In this document: in pieces, positions 17,590 to 28,210 of the stretch
Numbering within the stretch: the first letter of the stretch is position 1
Layout of the letters: each line of letters starts with the position of its first letter
Assembly: GCA_964408285.1 (NCBI GenBank)
Contig: CAYOYV010000017.1
Span: 1-33,686 of the forward strand
Direction: 5' to 3'
DNA: 33,686 bases
Origin: an uncultured Nitrososphaerota archaeon
Lineage (GTDB): Archaea; Thermoproteota; EX4484-205; JAAOZO01
Translations under genes and position numbers: made by a program
Notes under the pieces: model-generated
Told to the model about the DNA's origin: nothing
The model's input: only the letters and a program-made list of their open reading frames with translations
Databases searched by the model: none

Positions 17590-18798
17590 ATGAAGATAAT
17601 AGAGATCCTGGATTCTGTTCCTCTAGGGGCTCAACCACTTGAGATAGTCGAGAGGAAAGGCCTAGGACATCCAGATACCATAATGGATAGCTTGGTCGAT
17701 GCGTTATCGATAGAGCTAAACAAACAGTCTTTGAGGAAGTGGAAGGAGATCGCACATTACAACGTCGACAAAGGGCTGTTGGCAGCCGGTTCTTCTAGAC
17801 CTGCTTTCAGAGGGGGGCGCATCGAGAGACCAATGCGCATATTCTTTGGAGATAGAGCAACGACATGTATTGATGGCGACTGTATCGATCTGGATTCGAC
17901 ACTGGAGGAAACGACGAAGAGGTGGATGAAGGAAAACCTGAGATTTGTAGATCCAGAAAAGAACATAATCATAAAGAACGAAATCGGAAGAAGTTCGAGC
18001 AACCTCTCTGATATATTTCGAAGGGGGGGCGGTTTCTTGGGAGCGAATGACACATCGGCCTGTGTTGGGTTTGCTCCGTTGACGAAGACGGAGATGTTAG
18101 TATTGGATTTGGAACGATTCCTGAACTCTTCTTCATTCAAGAAAAGCTATCCAGAAACAGGTGAGGACATCAAGGTCATGGCCAGAAGGGTGGCAGAATC
18201 CTTCGATCTGACCCTTTCTATAGCCTTTGTTGATAGGTTCATAGAAAGTGAGATCGAGTACCTGAGGAAGAAGGAGGAAGTAAAGAACGCGGTGCAGGAC
18301 TTCCTAGTGAATAGGGGAAACTTGAAGGAGTTCACGGTCACAATAAACAATCTTGACGCTCCCGGAAGGGGAATAGATGGCTTGTATCTAACGGTGATTG
18401 GAACTTCGGCCGAATCTGGTGACAGTGGTCAGGTTGGACGTGGCAACAGGGTCAATGGGGTATTCTCGCTCAATAGGCCATCAAGCAGTGAGGCGCCGTC
18501 GGGAAAGAACCCGGTGAGTCATGTTGGCAAGATATATAACGCAATGGCCTTCAGAATAGCAGACTTGCTAGTTCGTGAAGCACAAGGCATTGAAGAGGTA
18601 TACTTCTGGCTTCTGAGTAAGATAGGAAAACCAGTAAATGAGCCGGCTCTTGCTGCCACGTATGTGGTTCCAAAAAAGCCATATAACGAACATGAGGTCA
18701 ACCTTGAGGTCTCCAGAGTTCTAGAGGGGGCTCTAACCGAGAGGGCGTTCAGGAATTTGATTCAGGAATTGATAAGCGGCAAGGTTAGACTGTGTTAG
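17590..18798 (+). CDS. mat: Archaeal S-adenosylmethionine synthetase
   Basis: VERKGLGHPD, ANDTS, GEDIKVM, GTSAESGDSGQVGRGNR, GKNPVSHVGKIYN. Confidence 0.97.
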   Translation: MKIIEILDSVPLGAQPLEIVERKGLGHPDTIMDSLVDALSIELNKQSLRKWKEIAHYNVDKGLLAAGSSRPAFRGGRIERPMRIFFGDRATTCIDGDCIDLDSTLEETTKRWMKENLRFVDPEKNIIIKNEIGRSSSNLSDIFRRGGGFLGANDTSACVGFAPLTKTEMLVLDLERFLNSSSFKKSYPETGEDIKVMARRVAESFDLTLSIAFVDRFIESEIEYLRKKEEVKNAVQDFLVNRGNLKEFTVTINNLDAPGRGIDGLYLTVIGTSAESGDSGQVGRGNRVNGVFSLNRPSSSEAPSGKNPVSHVGKIYNAMAFRIADLLVREAQGIEEVYFWLLSKIGKPVNEPALAATYVVPKKPYNEHEVNLEVSRVLEGALTERAFRNLIQELISGKVRLC

Positions 18799-18964
18799 CC
18801 GAAGTATCTCTAATTGCTGCGCTATATAAGATGGGCCGCCCAATATGTGTCTTGTTCGTGCATGACTTTTCTGTTGCATAGAAGGAGGATCTAGTGGGGT
18901 GGCTACTCCAATTCATGCTTGATTCGTGTGACAGAAGAAGCGGCGTGTTATAGATATCCTAAGG

Positions 18965-21061
18965 CTAATCAATTCCCAAAAGCCCTAGCAGGTTGTATTT
19001 CGCAATTAGCACTGCAACAAGTGACGCAATCAAAGACATGACAGTAATCATGGTGTTAAGGGAGGGCCCCGCCGTGTCTTTAAAGGGGTCCCCAACCGTG
19101 TCACCAACAACAGCCGCTTTATGAGCATCTGATCCCTTTCCCCCATGTTGTCCAGATTCAATGAGTTTCTTGGCGTTGTCCCATAACCCGCCAGCGTTGG
19201 CCATAAGCAAAGCCAAAAGCAAGCTGGAGAATATAGCCCCTGCAAGGAAACCCCCAAGGGCCTTTATTCCACCGACGAACCCGATGATCAAAGTCGAGAA
19301 GATTACCATGATGCTTGCCGGCATAAGTTCACGCAACGCTCCTACTGTTGCAATGTCAACACACGTTGCATAGTCAGGTCTGACGCCTGGTTTTCCCTCC
19401 CTTAGACCTGGGATTTCTCTGAATTGTCTTCTGATCTCAGCAACCATTCTTTCAGCGTTTCTGCCTACTCCAAGTATAACCGTTGCCGAGAAAACTGCGG
19501 GAATCGCCACGCCTATCAATGCACCCAGCAGGACTATCGGATCCATGATGTCGAATCTGACGGAGTAACCAACCCTCGAAGTTATCTCCTGAAATGCGGC
19601 CAGCAATGCAATTACAGTTAATCCTGCCGCTCCTATCGCAAATCCTTTGGTTATGGCTTTCGCCGTATTCCCTGCAGAATCAAGCTCATCTGTTACCGCG
19701 ATCACATCTTCGCTGAGTCTGGATTGCTCGGCAATTCCTTTCGCGTTGTCCACGATCGGGCCGTACGCATCATTCGAAACTGTTAATCCGACAATCGAAA
19801 GCATACCGAGAGCTGCAAGGGATATTCCATAGACGGCATAGTCTGGGCCCAGTGGTTGGCATATTTCGTATGCGACGGCTGCTGCTATGGCTATTCCGAT
19901 CAATGGCAGGGCAACGCTGCGTAGACCATATGAGAACCCGGTCAGGACGTTCAGTGCAGGTCCAGTTTCCGATGCCTTTGCAGTTCTCAAGACGGGGGCC
20001 TTGTCCTCTGAGGTGAAGTAATCGCTCGTAACTCCGATTATTATTCCAGCAGCAAGACCCACAGCTGTTGCTCCCCACAGTGCCCATTCGTATTTGAGAT
20101 ACCACGTTGCTAAGGCGGTTAGAATTCCAAAGACTATACATGTGACGTACGTACCTCCGTTCAATGCCGCTCCCGGATCGCCCTTAGGTCGAAGCCCTAC
20201 CGTCAATGCACCTATGATAGATGCTAGAATGCCCAAGCCAGCGAACACAAGCGGTATCTGCACGTAGGTATTAGCGACACCAAGGGTCACACCGAGAATC
20301 ATGACTGCCACCACACTTGCTACATATGAGTCAAACAAATCTGCCCCCATACCAGCTACATCGCCCACATTGTCTCCTACGTTGTCAGCTATGACTGCTG
20401 GGTTTCTTGGGTCATCTTCAGGAATCTCCAGTTCTACCTTGCCAACGAGATCTGCGCTGATGTCAGCGGTTTTTGTGTAGATGCCTCCACCAGCCTTCGC
20501 AAAAAGCGAGAGCGAGCTTGCTCCGAAGCTGTATGCTAGAACAGCCGGGACTGCTTGCGTAGCCGACATTCCAGCGATCCAGTAGACCACACTTATTCCA
20601 AATAGTCCTAGGCCTACCACAGATAGGCCCATTACTGCACCACCACGAAAGCCGATCGGGAAAGCCTTGTTTATTCCTCCCTGGGCGGCCCTCGCAACTC
20701 TCGCGTTTGCTTCTGTTGCAACGCTCAGACCCAGATAACCAGCCAAGGCCGAACAAAACGAACCAAGAATATAGGCCATTGGGAGCTGAATATTCAGCAT
20801 GACATCATGCGGTTCCCACAGCGGTTGCGGCAGGAATATTGCCATAATAATGGCCACCACAATTACGAACATTCCGAGCACTGTGTATTCTCTTCTTATG
20901 AAGGCAGCGGCTCCTTCTTTTATGGCACCTGAGATCTCCTTCATCCTCTCTGTTCCGCTGTCTTGTTCATTCACATAACGATAGAAGTAGAGTCCGACCA
21001 AAATAGAAATCAATGCGGACAATGGCGCAATAACCCAGAATCCGATTTCGATCATTGACAT
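18965..21061 (-). CDS. hppA: Membrane pyrophosphatase, likely K+-independent H+-translocating type
   Basis: GGIYTKTADISADLVGKVE, EDDPRNPAVIADNVGDNVGD, GDTVGDPFKD; Lys in GNTAKA is the K+-independence signature. Confidence 0.95.
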   Translation of the reverse strand: MSMIEIGFWVIAPLSALISILVGLYFYRYVNEQDSGTERMKEISGAIKEGAAAFIRREYTVLGMFVIVVAIIMAIFLPQPLWEPHDVMLNIQLPMAYILGSFCSALAGYLGLSVATEANARVARAAQGGINKAFPIGFRGGAVMGLSVVGLGLFGISVVYWIAGMSATQAVPAVLAYSFGASSLSLFAKAGGGIYTKTADISADLVGKVELEIPEDDPRNPAVIADNVGDNVGDVAGMGADLFDSYVASVVAVMILGVTLGVANTYVQIPLVFAGLGILASIIGALTVGLRPKGDPGAALNGGTYVTCIVFGILTALATWYLKYEWALWGATAVGLAAGIIIGVTSDYFTSEDKAPVLRTAKASETGPALNVLTGFSYGLRSVALPLIGIAIAAAVAYEICQPLGPDYAVYGISLAALGMLSIVGLTVSNDAYGPIVDNAKGIAEQSRLSEDVIAVTDELDSAGNTAKAITKGFAIGAAGLTVIALLAAFQEITSRVGYSVRFDIMDPIVLLGALIGVAIPAVFSATVILGVGRNAERMVAEIRRQFREIPGLREGKPGVRPDYATCVDIATVGALRELMPASIMVIFSTLIIGFVGGIKALGGFLAGAIFSSLLLALLMANAGGLWDNAKKLIESGQHGGKGSDAHKAAVVGDTVGDPFKDTAGPSLNTMITVMSLIASLVAVLIAKYNLLGLLGID

Positions 21062-21565
21062 TCCTTTCCTCTTTAGACGTTTGTTTAACGAGCGCGGTCA
21101 GTGCATCCCGAAATCTTATAAAGGTATTCACAGATTTCGGCTTGCCTAGGAGAAAGATGGTGCCTGTTGATTTGTGACAGGACTTTGAGGGGGGTGTCTT
21201 TGTGCTTCTGACATGCGAACGACATATCTGTTGCAAAGACATCTTGCACCTGAGGTCTATCGAAGCTCCATCGCACGCTATCGACACAAAATCACACTCA
21301 ATTCGCGCGCATGCTTCTCGTCTCTCCAGAAAATGCCTTTGTGCGGTTCTGATAGTCATAGATAAGGAGGACGATGTTGGGATTCTGCCAAAACTAGAGG
21401 GTTCGCTTGTTACAGAGTATCACTTTTATCTCATAGAAAGCGGAAGGCTAGGTCATGAAGTATGGTTTCATTCTTCCCGCCGGAGACGCCCGTACTGCAG
21501 CTAGGAGCACGCGCACGCGATAAGATATGTTTTAATGCCTTGGATTAACCTAGACTCGTCCTGAC

Positions 21566-22876
21566 TTGGAGGCCATCTCGTCCGCCTTCGCGGAAGCAAT
21601 TAGGAGATTCACCAGAAAACCATACATAACTGACCCCGACATAGAAGAACTCATCAGGGACATTCAGCGTTCGCTACTTAAAACCGATGTGCCTGTAGAG
21701 CTGGTGCTCAAACTATCAGAGGCAATGAGGGAGGCAGCCAAGAAAGAAGTGCCGGGCGCGTCAAGGAAGGATCTAGTGGTCAACTCGGTATACTCAGAAT
21801 TGACGAACCTAGTTGGCGGGGAACCGGCGAAAGTGGAGATAAAGCAAACGCCAAGTGTCTGGCTATTCGTGGGGATTCAAGGGTTTGGGAAAACCACAAC
21901 GCTCGCCAAGGTCGCCCTTTTCTACAGAAGGGCAGGAAAAAAAGTGGCAGTTATTTGCGCAGACACATTCCGTCCTGGTGCGTTCGATCAACTTAGAACC
22001 CTGTTAGAACCCATGGACGTACTCGTCCTTGGAGGCAAAATCGGGGAGAGCAGTCTTGATGTGATTAAGAACTCTCTGGAGAAATATAGATCGGCTTCGC
22101 CTCCTCCTGATCTGATCTTAGTCGACACAGCTGGCAGACACAAGGACGAGACCTCCTTGATGGAGGAATTATCTGCTATAACAGAGGTTACAAAACCAGA
22201 CGCTTCATTCCTTGTAATCGATGCGGCAATAGGCCAAAGGGCCAAGGCTCAAGCAGAGGCATTCGCCAAGGTGGTTCCAATAGCGTATGTAATCATAACA
22301 AAAATGGATGGTACCGCAAAAGGTGGAGGCGCTCTTGCCACGGTAGTGTCAACTGGAGCCAATATCCCCTTCATAGGAACTGGAGAAGACATCGAGGAAC
22401 TGGAGCCATTTGTGCCCATGGACTATGTTTCGAAGTTGATTGGCGTGGCAGATCTCAGGGCCATAATAGAAAGAGTCTCAAGGTCAATGAAGGGCATGAC
22501 TATTGAAAAGGCCAAAGCATTCGCTCTTGGCCGTTATTCATTAGAGGACTTCGTGGATCAAATGGATCAACTGAAAGGTAGTGATCTTTCATCAATGATA
22601 TCTAGGCTAATACCTGTTGGAGCTAAGGTGCCGAAGGACATCAAAGGGTTGACCGAGGGGAAAGTGAGGGCTTGGAAGGCCATTATCAATTCAATGAACC
22701 AAGAGGAGAAGCAATCCCCGAACGTGATGAATCCAGAAAGGATAAGGAGGGTAGCAAGGGGGTCAGGAAGGAGCGAAAGAGAGGTAAGGGAGCTCCTCGA
22801 TCAATACAAGAACTCAAGGAAGTTGGTCAAGAAATTCAGAGGGCTGAGGGGGATACCGGGTGTCGCTCGATTCTAA
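21566..22876 (+). CDS. srp54: Signal recognition particle protein Srp54
   Basis: GIQGFGKTT, DTFRPGA, DTAGRH, TKMDGTAKGGG, RIRRVARGSG. Confidence 0.96.
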   Translation: MEAISSAFAEAIRRFTRKPYITDPDIEELIRDIQRSLLKTDVPVELVLKLSEAMREAAKKEVPGASRKDLVVNSVYSELTNLVGGEPAKVEIKQTPSVWLFVGIQGFGKTTTLAKVALFYRRAGKKVAVICADTFRPGAFDQLRTLLEPMDVLVLGGKIGESSLDVIKNSLEKYRSASPPPDLILVDTAGRHKDETSLMEELSAITEVTKPDASFLVIDAAIGQRAKAQAEAFAKVVPIAYVIITKMDGTAKGGGALATVVSTGANIPFIGTGEDIEELEPFVPMDYVSKLIGVADLRAIIERVSRSMKGMTIEKAKAFALGRYSLEDFVDQMDQLKGSDLSSMISRLIPVGAKVPKDIKGLTEGKVRAWKAIINSMNQEEKQSPNVMNPERIRRVARGSGRSEREVRELLDQYKNSRKLVKKFRGLRGIPGVARF

Positions 22877-24164
22877 GAGAGTCCATCCTGTCCTATCGAA
22901 GGCCTATCAGGTGATATCAAATCATCCACTGTGTAACCACTGCTTGGGAAGACAGTTCCGCCTCCTCAATGAGGAACAGGCCAACGAGACACGGGGCAGC
23001 TCGATCAAAGATGTCCTCTTCTTGGAATTCAGGGACTCCTTAAGGAACAGAAGGGCTTGGGCCTTGAGGGGACTCAGAACTCTCGCTCGTTCGGGGTATG
23101 GTCCCGCCTCGACAGAATTCCTGAAGGCCACGGGAAGGGAATTGGAGCCAAAACGCTGTTATATTTGTGATGATGCTTTGTTCAACACCATCGAGAACAC
23201 GGTCTCATCAATAATTCTTTTGGCAAGGGAGTATGACTTCAACTCGTTCCAAGTAGGCTCGTCGTTACCAAGGAAGATGATCAGACTGGATGACGAGATC
23301 AAAATGGAATACAAGCTGTCTCATGGTGAGAGCATAAAGACCGAATTCAATCGCATTATCAACAACGCAGTGTCAAAACTGACGGGGAAAACACACTCCT
23401 TCCATGACCCTGATTTGATGATAATGGCAGAGCCAGTCTCAGGTAGAGTGGTGATAGGGCCGGCTCCGGTTTACATTTACGGAAGGTACAGAAAATTGCA
23501 GGGCGGCATTTCGCAGACCAGGAAACGGGGAGCCGATGCTGCAGAATCCATAGAGGGAATGCTGGCCTCCATTCTGATCAAAATCTTCTGCGCCAAGGAC
23601 ATAAAATTCCATGGAGCCGGAAGGGAAGATGTCGATGCAAAAATGTTAGGGTCTGGCCGGCCGTTCATTGTCGAAATCTTGGAGCCCAAACTGAGGAACA
23701 CGGATCTGATGAAATTCACGGCGCAATTCAATGAGAAGTACAGCGGAATGGTGGAGATATTCGACCTCGAGCCTTCGTCCAAGGCGAAGGTGGTTGAGTT
23801 GAAACTTAAGGGGGAAAGGACGAGCAAATTATATAGAATCACGGTTAAGGTTCCAAGGATCCCTTCGAGGGAGGAGCTGGAGGAGACGGAGAGAAAGACA
23901 AAAGGTCTGGTCATAAGTCAAAGAACTCCAAAAAGGGTATCATGGAGACGTGCCGACAAGGTTAGAAAGAGGATGATAGCCTGGATCAAAATCGTACCTC
24001 TTCCGCCCGAAAGACTCGATGTGACTATTGAGGCGCAGGCCGGCACTTACATCAAGGAATTTGTTACTGGCGACGATGGCAGAACTAGTCCCTCTCTTAG
24101 AGAATTGTTAAATATGCCGGCAGAATGGGAGTCGCTCGAAGTATTGAATATATTGGGTGATTGA
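22860..24164 (+). CDS. pus10: tRNA pseudouridine(54/55) synthase
   Basis: LCNHCLGRQF, GRYRKL, FHGAGREDVD, QRTP.RV..RR, AGTYIKEFVTGD.GRT.PS. Confidence 0.96.
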   Translation: MSLDSKRVHPVLSKAYQVISNHPLCNHCLGRQFRLLNEEQANETRGSSIKDVLFLEFRDSLRNRRAWALRGLRTLARSGYGPASTEFLKATGRELEPKRCYICDDALFNTIENTVSSIILLAREYDFNSFQVGSSLPRKMIRLDDEIKMEYKLSHGESIKTEFNRIINNAVSKLTGKTHSFHDPDLMIMAEPVSGRVVIGPAPVYIYGRYRKLQGGISQTRKRGADAAESIEGMLASILIKIFCAKDIKFHGAGREDVDAKMLGSGRPFIVEILEPKLRNTDLMKFTAQFNEKYSGMVEIFDLEPSSKAKVVELKLKGERTSKLYRITVKVPRIPSREELEETERKTKGLVISQRTPKRVSWRRADKVRKRMIAWIKIVPLPPERLDVTIEAQAGTYIKEFVTGDDGRTSPSLRELLNMPAEWESLEVLNILGD

Positions 24165-24456
24165 TTTGCCTCAAACGAGTGGCAGGCGGATAAAAACCAG
24201 GAGCCTGCTTTCAAAAAGGTCCAGAGAGAAGGGACATCACACACTGTCCTACCTGTTGAAGCAATATAATCCTGGGGATAAAGTGGTGATAAAAATAGAC
24301 TCCTCAGTTCACTCGGGGATGCCATTCAGGAGATTCTATGGAAGCCATGGGGAGGTCCTTTCCAGAAGAGGCAGGGCCTATCTCATTAGGGTGAAAGATG
24401 GAGGAAAAGAAAAGGTAGTCATCGCTGGGCCTGAACACATCAGGCAGGTGAAATAA
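24157..24456 (+). CDS. rpl21e: 50S ribosomal protein L21e
   Basis: GDKVVIKIDSSVHSGMPFRRFYG, DGGKEK, PEHI. Confidence 0.96.
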   Translation: MIDLPQTSGRRIKTRSLLSKRSREKGHHTLSYLLKQYNPGDKVVIKIDSSVHSGMPFRRFYGSHGEVLSRRGRAYLIRVKDGGKEKVVIAGPEHIRQVK

Positions 24457-24459
24457 ACG

Positions 24460-24795
24460 ATGCCACGCAGAAAAATCTCAGAGGAATATATAACCCCCGC
24501 TGAGGCAAGGGAAGTGTTGAAATCGATAGGTGAGGCGGACATGCCTTTCAGAAAATCTCTTGACGAATATTTGAACGACATAGCTAGATTGGATGCCGAG
24601 ACCGTCAAGAAACTTGTGAAGGAACTGATGCAAAATGCCAACGTGACTAAGAAGGACGCAATAATGTTGGCCACGCTCCAACCGACAAATGCCACGGAGA
24701 TAAAGGCTTTGATGTCCGGGGGAGGGCGCCCATTCATAACCAACGAGCAGGCCGATGCAGTGGCGAAGATATTCAGTAACTACAAGAAGAAGTAG
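24460..24795 (+). CDS. rpo4: RNA polymerase subunit Rpo4 (F)
   Basis: KISEEYITPAEAREVL, conserved position after rpl21e. Confidence 0.88.
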   Translation: MPRRKISEEYITPAEAREVLKSIGEADMPFRKSLDEYLNDIARLDAETVKKLVKELMQNANVTKKDAIMLATLQPTNATEIKALMSGGGRPFITNEQADAVAKIFSNYKKK

Positions 24796-24884
24796 ATTAG
24801 CGCAGGGAAAACTTTGATCGAACGCGGGCCTCTTGATTTGAGGCGTCGTGTCAGGAAGGCATTGTTGGATTCTAATTCGAGGCA

Positions 24885-26210
24885 ATGAATAAGTACAAGA
24901 CCTTGAGAGACTGTGTGGACGATATGATCGGGAAGACCAGAGTCTCGGAGCTTCACGAAATTGAAGAGGGAAGAGAAGTAATCGTCGAAGGCTGGGTTTA
25001 CACAGTTGCGTCTCTCGGCACAATCACCTTCATCAGGCTGCGCGATTCTTCAGGAATAGCTCAGGTAATCGTGAAGCCCGGTTCCCCAACAAAATGCGAT
25101 CCAAGCGTTCTTAAGAACTTGGGGAGGGAGTCTTCTATAATAGTCACCGGAACCATAAGGAAAGACAAGAGAGCTCCTGGAGGATTCGAAATCTTAGCTT
25201 CAGAGCTAAAAGTAATAGGTGAGTCCCCGAAGGATTTCCCGATAAGGAAGGGAATCTCGGCAAGAGTGCTTGGCGACTATAGGCATCTTTACCTAAGAAG
25301 CAAAAGACTGACGCAGATCCTAAGGGCTAGATCCGAGTTATTGAAGGTCTTCAGACAGTGGTTCAACGAGAAGGGCTACGAAGAAGTCTCATGCCCGAGC
25401 ATCATAACCGCAGCCGTAGAAGGCGGTGCGACTCTTTTCGAGCTGAAGTACTTCGACAAGAAAGCGTACCTCACCCAAAGCTCTCAGTTCTACCTTGAGG
25501 CAGCAATATTCTCTCTCGAAAAGGTTTTTACGCTTCAACCCTCTTTCAGGGCAGAGCCATCAAAAACACCAAGGCATCTCACAGAATATTGGCATCTTGA
25601 AATGGAAGCTGCTTGGATGAACCTAGCGGATCTGATGAAGTTTGAGGAAGAAATGCTTGTTGAGGTCAGTGGGATGCTGAAAGAGAGCATGGGGAAGAGA
25701 TCTCCATCGATTACTCAACCTCTCAAGGCCTTCGAATCTCCATTCGAAAGAATCAGATATGAAGAAGCGCTTCAACTGCTGGACAAAAAAGGGATAAGAA
25801 CGGAATGGGGAAAGGACCTTGGCGCTGACGAGGAAAAGGCCCTTTGCTCAATGTTCGATAAGCCTATTTTTCTGTCCCACTATCCAATAGAAACTCGCGC
25901 CTTCTACCACAAGCCTGACCCTTCTGATCCGCGTGTGGTTCTGTCTCACGATGTCCTCGTGGGAGGGGTCGGGGAGGTGATAGGTGGCGGGGAGAGGATC
26001 TCTGACTACAACGAACTAGTCGCGAGAATTCAGAGGTATGGCTATGACCCGAAGGACTATTCTTGGTACACTGATCTCAGAAAATATGGCAGCGTCCCAC
26101 ATGCCGGATTCGGTCTAGGAATTGAGAGACTACTGGCCCATGTCATGGGCCTGCCCAACATAAGACTGGCCATTCCATTTCCAAGGACCCGGGCCAGAAT
26201 ATTTCCTTGA
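24885..26210 (+). CDS. asnS: Asparaginyl-tRNA synthetase
   Basis: YLTQSSQFYLE, FRAEPSKTPRHLTEYW, GEVIGGGER, WYTDLRKYGSVPHAGFGLGIER. Confidence 0.93.
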   Translation: MNKYKTLRDCVDDMIGKTRVSELHEIEEGREVIVEGWVYTVASLGTITFIRLRDSSGIAQVIVKPGSPTKCDPSVLKNLGRESSIIVTGTIRKDKRAPGGFEILASELKVIGESPKDFPIRKGISARVLGDYRHLYLRSKRLTQILRARSELLKVFRQWFNEKGYEEVSCPSIITAAVEGGATLFELKYFDKKAYLTQSSQFYLEAAIFSLEKVFTLQPSFRAEPSKTPRHLTEYWHLEMEAAWMNLADLMKFEEEMLVEVSGMLKESMGKRSPSITQPLKAFESPFERIRYEEALQLLDKKGIRTEWGKDLGADEEKALCSMFDKPIFLSHYPIETRAFYHKPDPSDPRVVLSHDVLVGGVGEVIGGGERISDYNELVARIQRYGYDPKDYSWYTDLRKYGSVPHAGFGLGIERLLAHVMGLPNIRLAIPFPRTRARIFP

Positions 26211-26223
26211 GGCACGACCCAAG

Positions 26224-26580
26224 ATGGCTTGGGAGAGAGTTCATCTGAGACGGGCCGTCGAGGATCTCCTTTCTGAATACGGAATTAGTCTGAAGGACCT
26301 CTTAAACGCGATGGACGAAGAAAAGGAGTCCGTCAGGGAGTCGCTGCAAAGAATAGCCTTCCTCTCGGAGGAGCAACTCATCCTCATAGAGAGAAAACTG
26401 AAGACGACCGAAATAAATTACCTGGTTTTTGTGATTCAGGCATTCTACGTGATAAACCAGACTGGCCTTTACAAGAACCTAGTTTTGATTCCAGAGAAAG
26501 ATTATGTTATGGAAGGAAGAAAGGCTAGCTTCGATGGCGTAGTCGCGGTTTCAAAAGCCCTTGGGCTTGGCATTGAATAG
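26224..26580 (+). CDS. Hypothetical protein
   Basis: 118-aa ATG ORF 13 nt downstream of asnS on the same strand. Confidence 0.7.
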   Translation: MAWERVHLRRAVEDLLSEYGISLKDLLNAMDEEKESVRESLQRIAFLSEEQLILIERKLKTTEINYLVFVIQAFYVINQTGLYKNLVLIPEKDYVMEGRKASFDGVVAVSKALGLGIE

Positions 26581-26705
26581 AATTGGCAAAGGCATATCAG
26601 AGGTCAGATTCCATCACGGCATTTTGTCCGGACTCTGATTATCGATCCACCAGTTTAGCTTAGGAATACGTTGGTGTTTTCAATCCTGAGAAACGGGTTC
26701 GAGAG

Positions 26706-26779
26706 GGCCACCGCCGGGATTTGAACCCAGACGCCAGGCTCCACAGGCCTGCGGACTACCAAATTATCCAACAGTGGCC
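26706..26779 (-). tRNA. tRNA-His(GTG), intronless, genomically encoded G-1
   Basis: G-GCCACTG/CGGTGGC-C, anticodon arm CAGGC-CTGTGGA-GCCTG, GGTTCAAATCC. Confidence 0.93.
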
Positions 26780-27303
26780 TCGCGTTGGAACCAAGGACGG
26801 GAGTAATATCTCTTACTCATTTGGCCGCTTCAACATGCAACAAGATCTCCAGAGAATCAATCTGCATCCTCACTAATTCACGTTCACTTGCAATTCATGC
26901 ACAATACAGGTATCTCTGTGTTGACAGGGAGTCTGAAATGCTACCTCGTTCTTTTCCTCTTCGGTTTTACTAGCATATTTCTTTCATTCGTGACCTTCAG
27001 CATTCCTTCTGGCGCGAATACATCCTCCACGGGCGTGCGCGCGCACACTGAAGCGGTTGCTGCGAGATCAAGGATTGTGCCCGAGTCAGGTGGCTTCTTG
27101 AGAGTGATGGTATGATTGTCCCGAGGTCGTTTGAACACGTTCTAGAATCAATCGCGCGCACTGTCGACCTCAAGTTTCATTAGGTAACCGTAACGCAACA
27201 GGGAATAACCCGCCCGTCTTGTCGACGAACCCAGGGGATTACCTTCTTGTGGGGCAACAAATGCTTTTAGGCTCGCAGCCCATTGATTCCTTGATGAAGA
27301 GGC

Positions 27304-27993
27304 TTGATGGAGTTTCTCAGAATGGCATTCAGGGATGCCTACTCCATCCTCATCGATCCCTTCCGTTTCTTCAAGTCGATGAGCGAAGACAAGGAGACGA
27401 GACCGCGCAGCATCCGATATATCGCGACTTGGTTCATTTTGTTCTGCGTTATATCTGCCATGCTTCTGCCTCTATGGAAACCATTGACAGACTGGACGAT
27501 TGCAACTTCTGTCGTGAAGATACCAGATCTGCATTTCGCCAACGAAGTGTATCTAAGCATGGCGCTCTATCTATATCCTCTGGTCTACTCATATTTGGGT
27601 GATCACTTCTGGACTTGGTTAGCTTGCATTCCGCTTCTCATGATAGACTCTCTGGCGACTCTTCTCCTTGGTGCGGGTATCTTCCATCTGTTTTTCAAAT
27701 ATGTTCTACGTGGAAATGGGCGCTACAAAGATGCCGTTGCAGTGGTGGCCTTCGGAGACCTTCCCTCCCTGCTGTTTGGCTTTCTCCCCTACTCTGCAGC
27801 CGTAGGTCTTGCTTGGACATCGCTCCTGCAAATGCCCGTGGGATTTCATTATATGTACGGGGTTCCGTGGAAACGTGCGTTCATACCTTACGTGCTGTGG
27901 ACGACGTTCATTTTCGTCTCTTGGAGAACTAGGGGAACAGTCAGCTCGGCTGGCTTGCTGCCCATGATACCTAGGGGGCCGTATTTGCCATAG
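27304..27993 (+). CDS. Yip1-family membrane protein
   Basis: ILIDPFRFFKSM start, GAGIFHLF....GNGRY motif, several hydrophobic helices. Confidence 0.75.
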   Translation: MMEFLRMAFRDAYSILIDPFRFFKSMSEDKETRPRSIRYIATWFILFCVISAMLLPLWKPLTDWTIATSVVKIPDLHFANEVYLSMALYLYPLVYSYLGDHFWTWLACIPLLMIDSLATLLLGAGIFHLFFKYVLRGNGRYKDAVAVVAFGDLPSLLFGFLPYSAAVGLAWTSLLQMPVGFHYMYGVPWKRAFIPYVLWTTFIFVSWRTRGTVSSAGLLPMIPRGPYLP

Positions 27994-28210
27994 CCAAAGC
28001 TTTGTGGCCCTCGTGCCGTTGTAGGCTTGGCATGCCAATTTGCTCGGCGCTTGAGGAGGAAGCAACGACGGTCCAACGTGATCCAATCCGCAGGGCACTC
28101 GCGTGATTAGAGGGCGTTCCAGAGGGATGCCCGCCTGGCGTCTCGCCTTAATAATGGTCAGGACCGTCCGTAATATCCTTTTCTACCCTGTTTTGCCTAA
28201 CATCACAGCA

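Noticed and set aside
21062-21565. 500-nt intergenic region with short ORFs; possible SRP RNA upstream of srp54
   Set aside because: No SRP helix-8 motif or GC-rich fold recognised, and the ORFs lack motifs.
26785-27300. Short ORFs next to tRNA-His as possible cassette remnants
   Set aside because: No similarity seen to cassette proteins.
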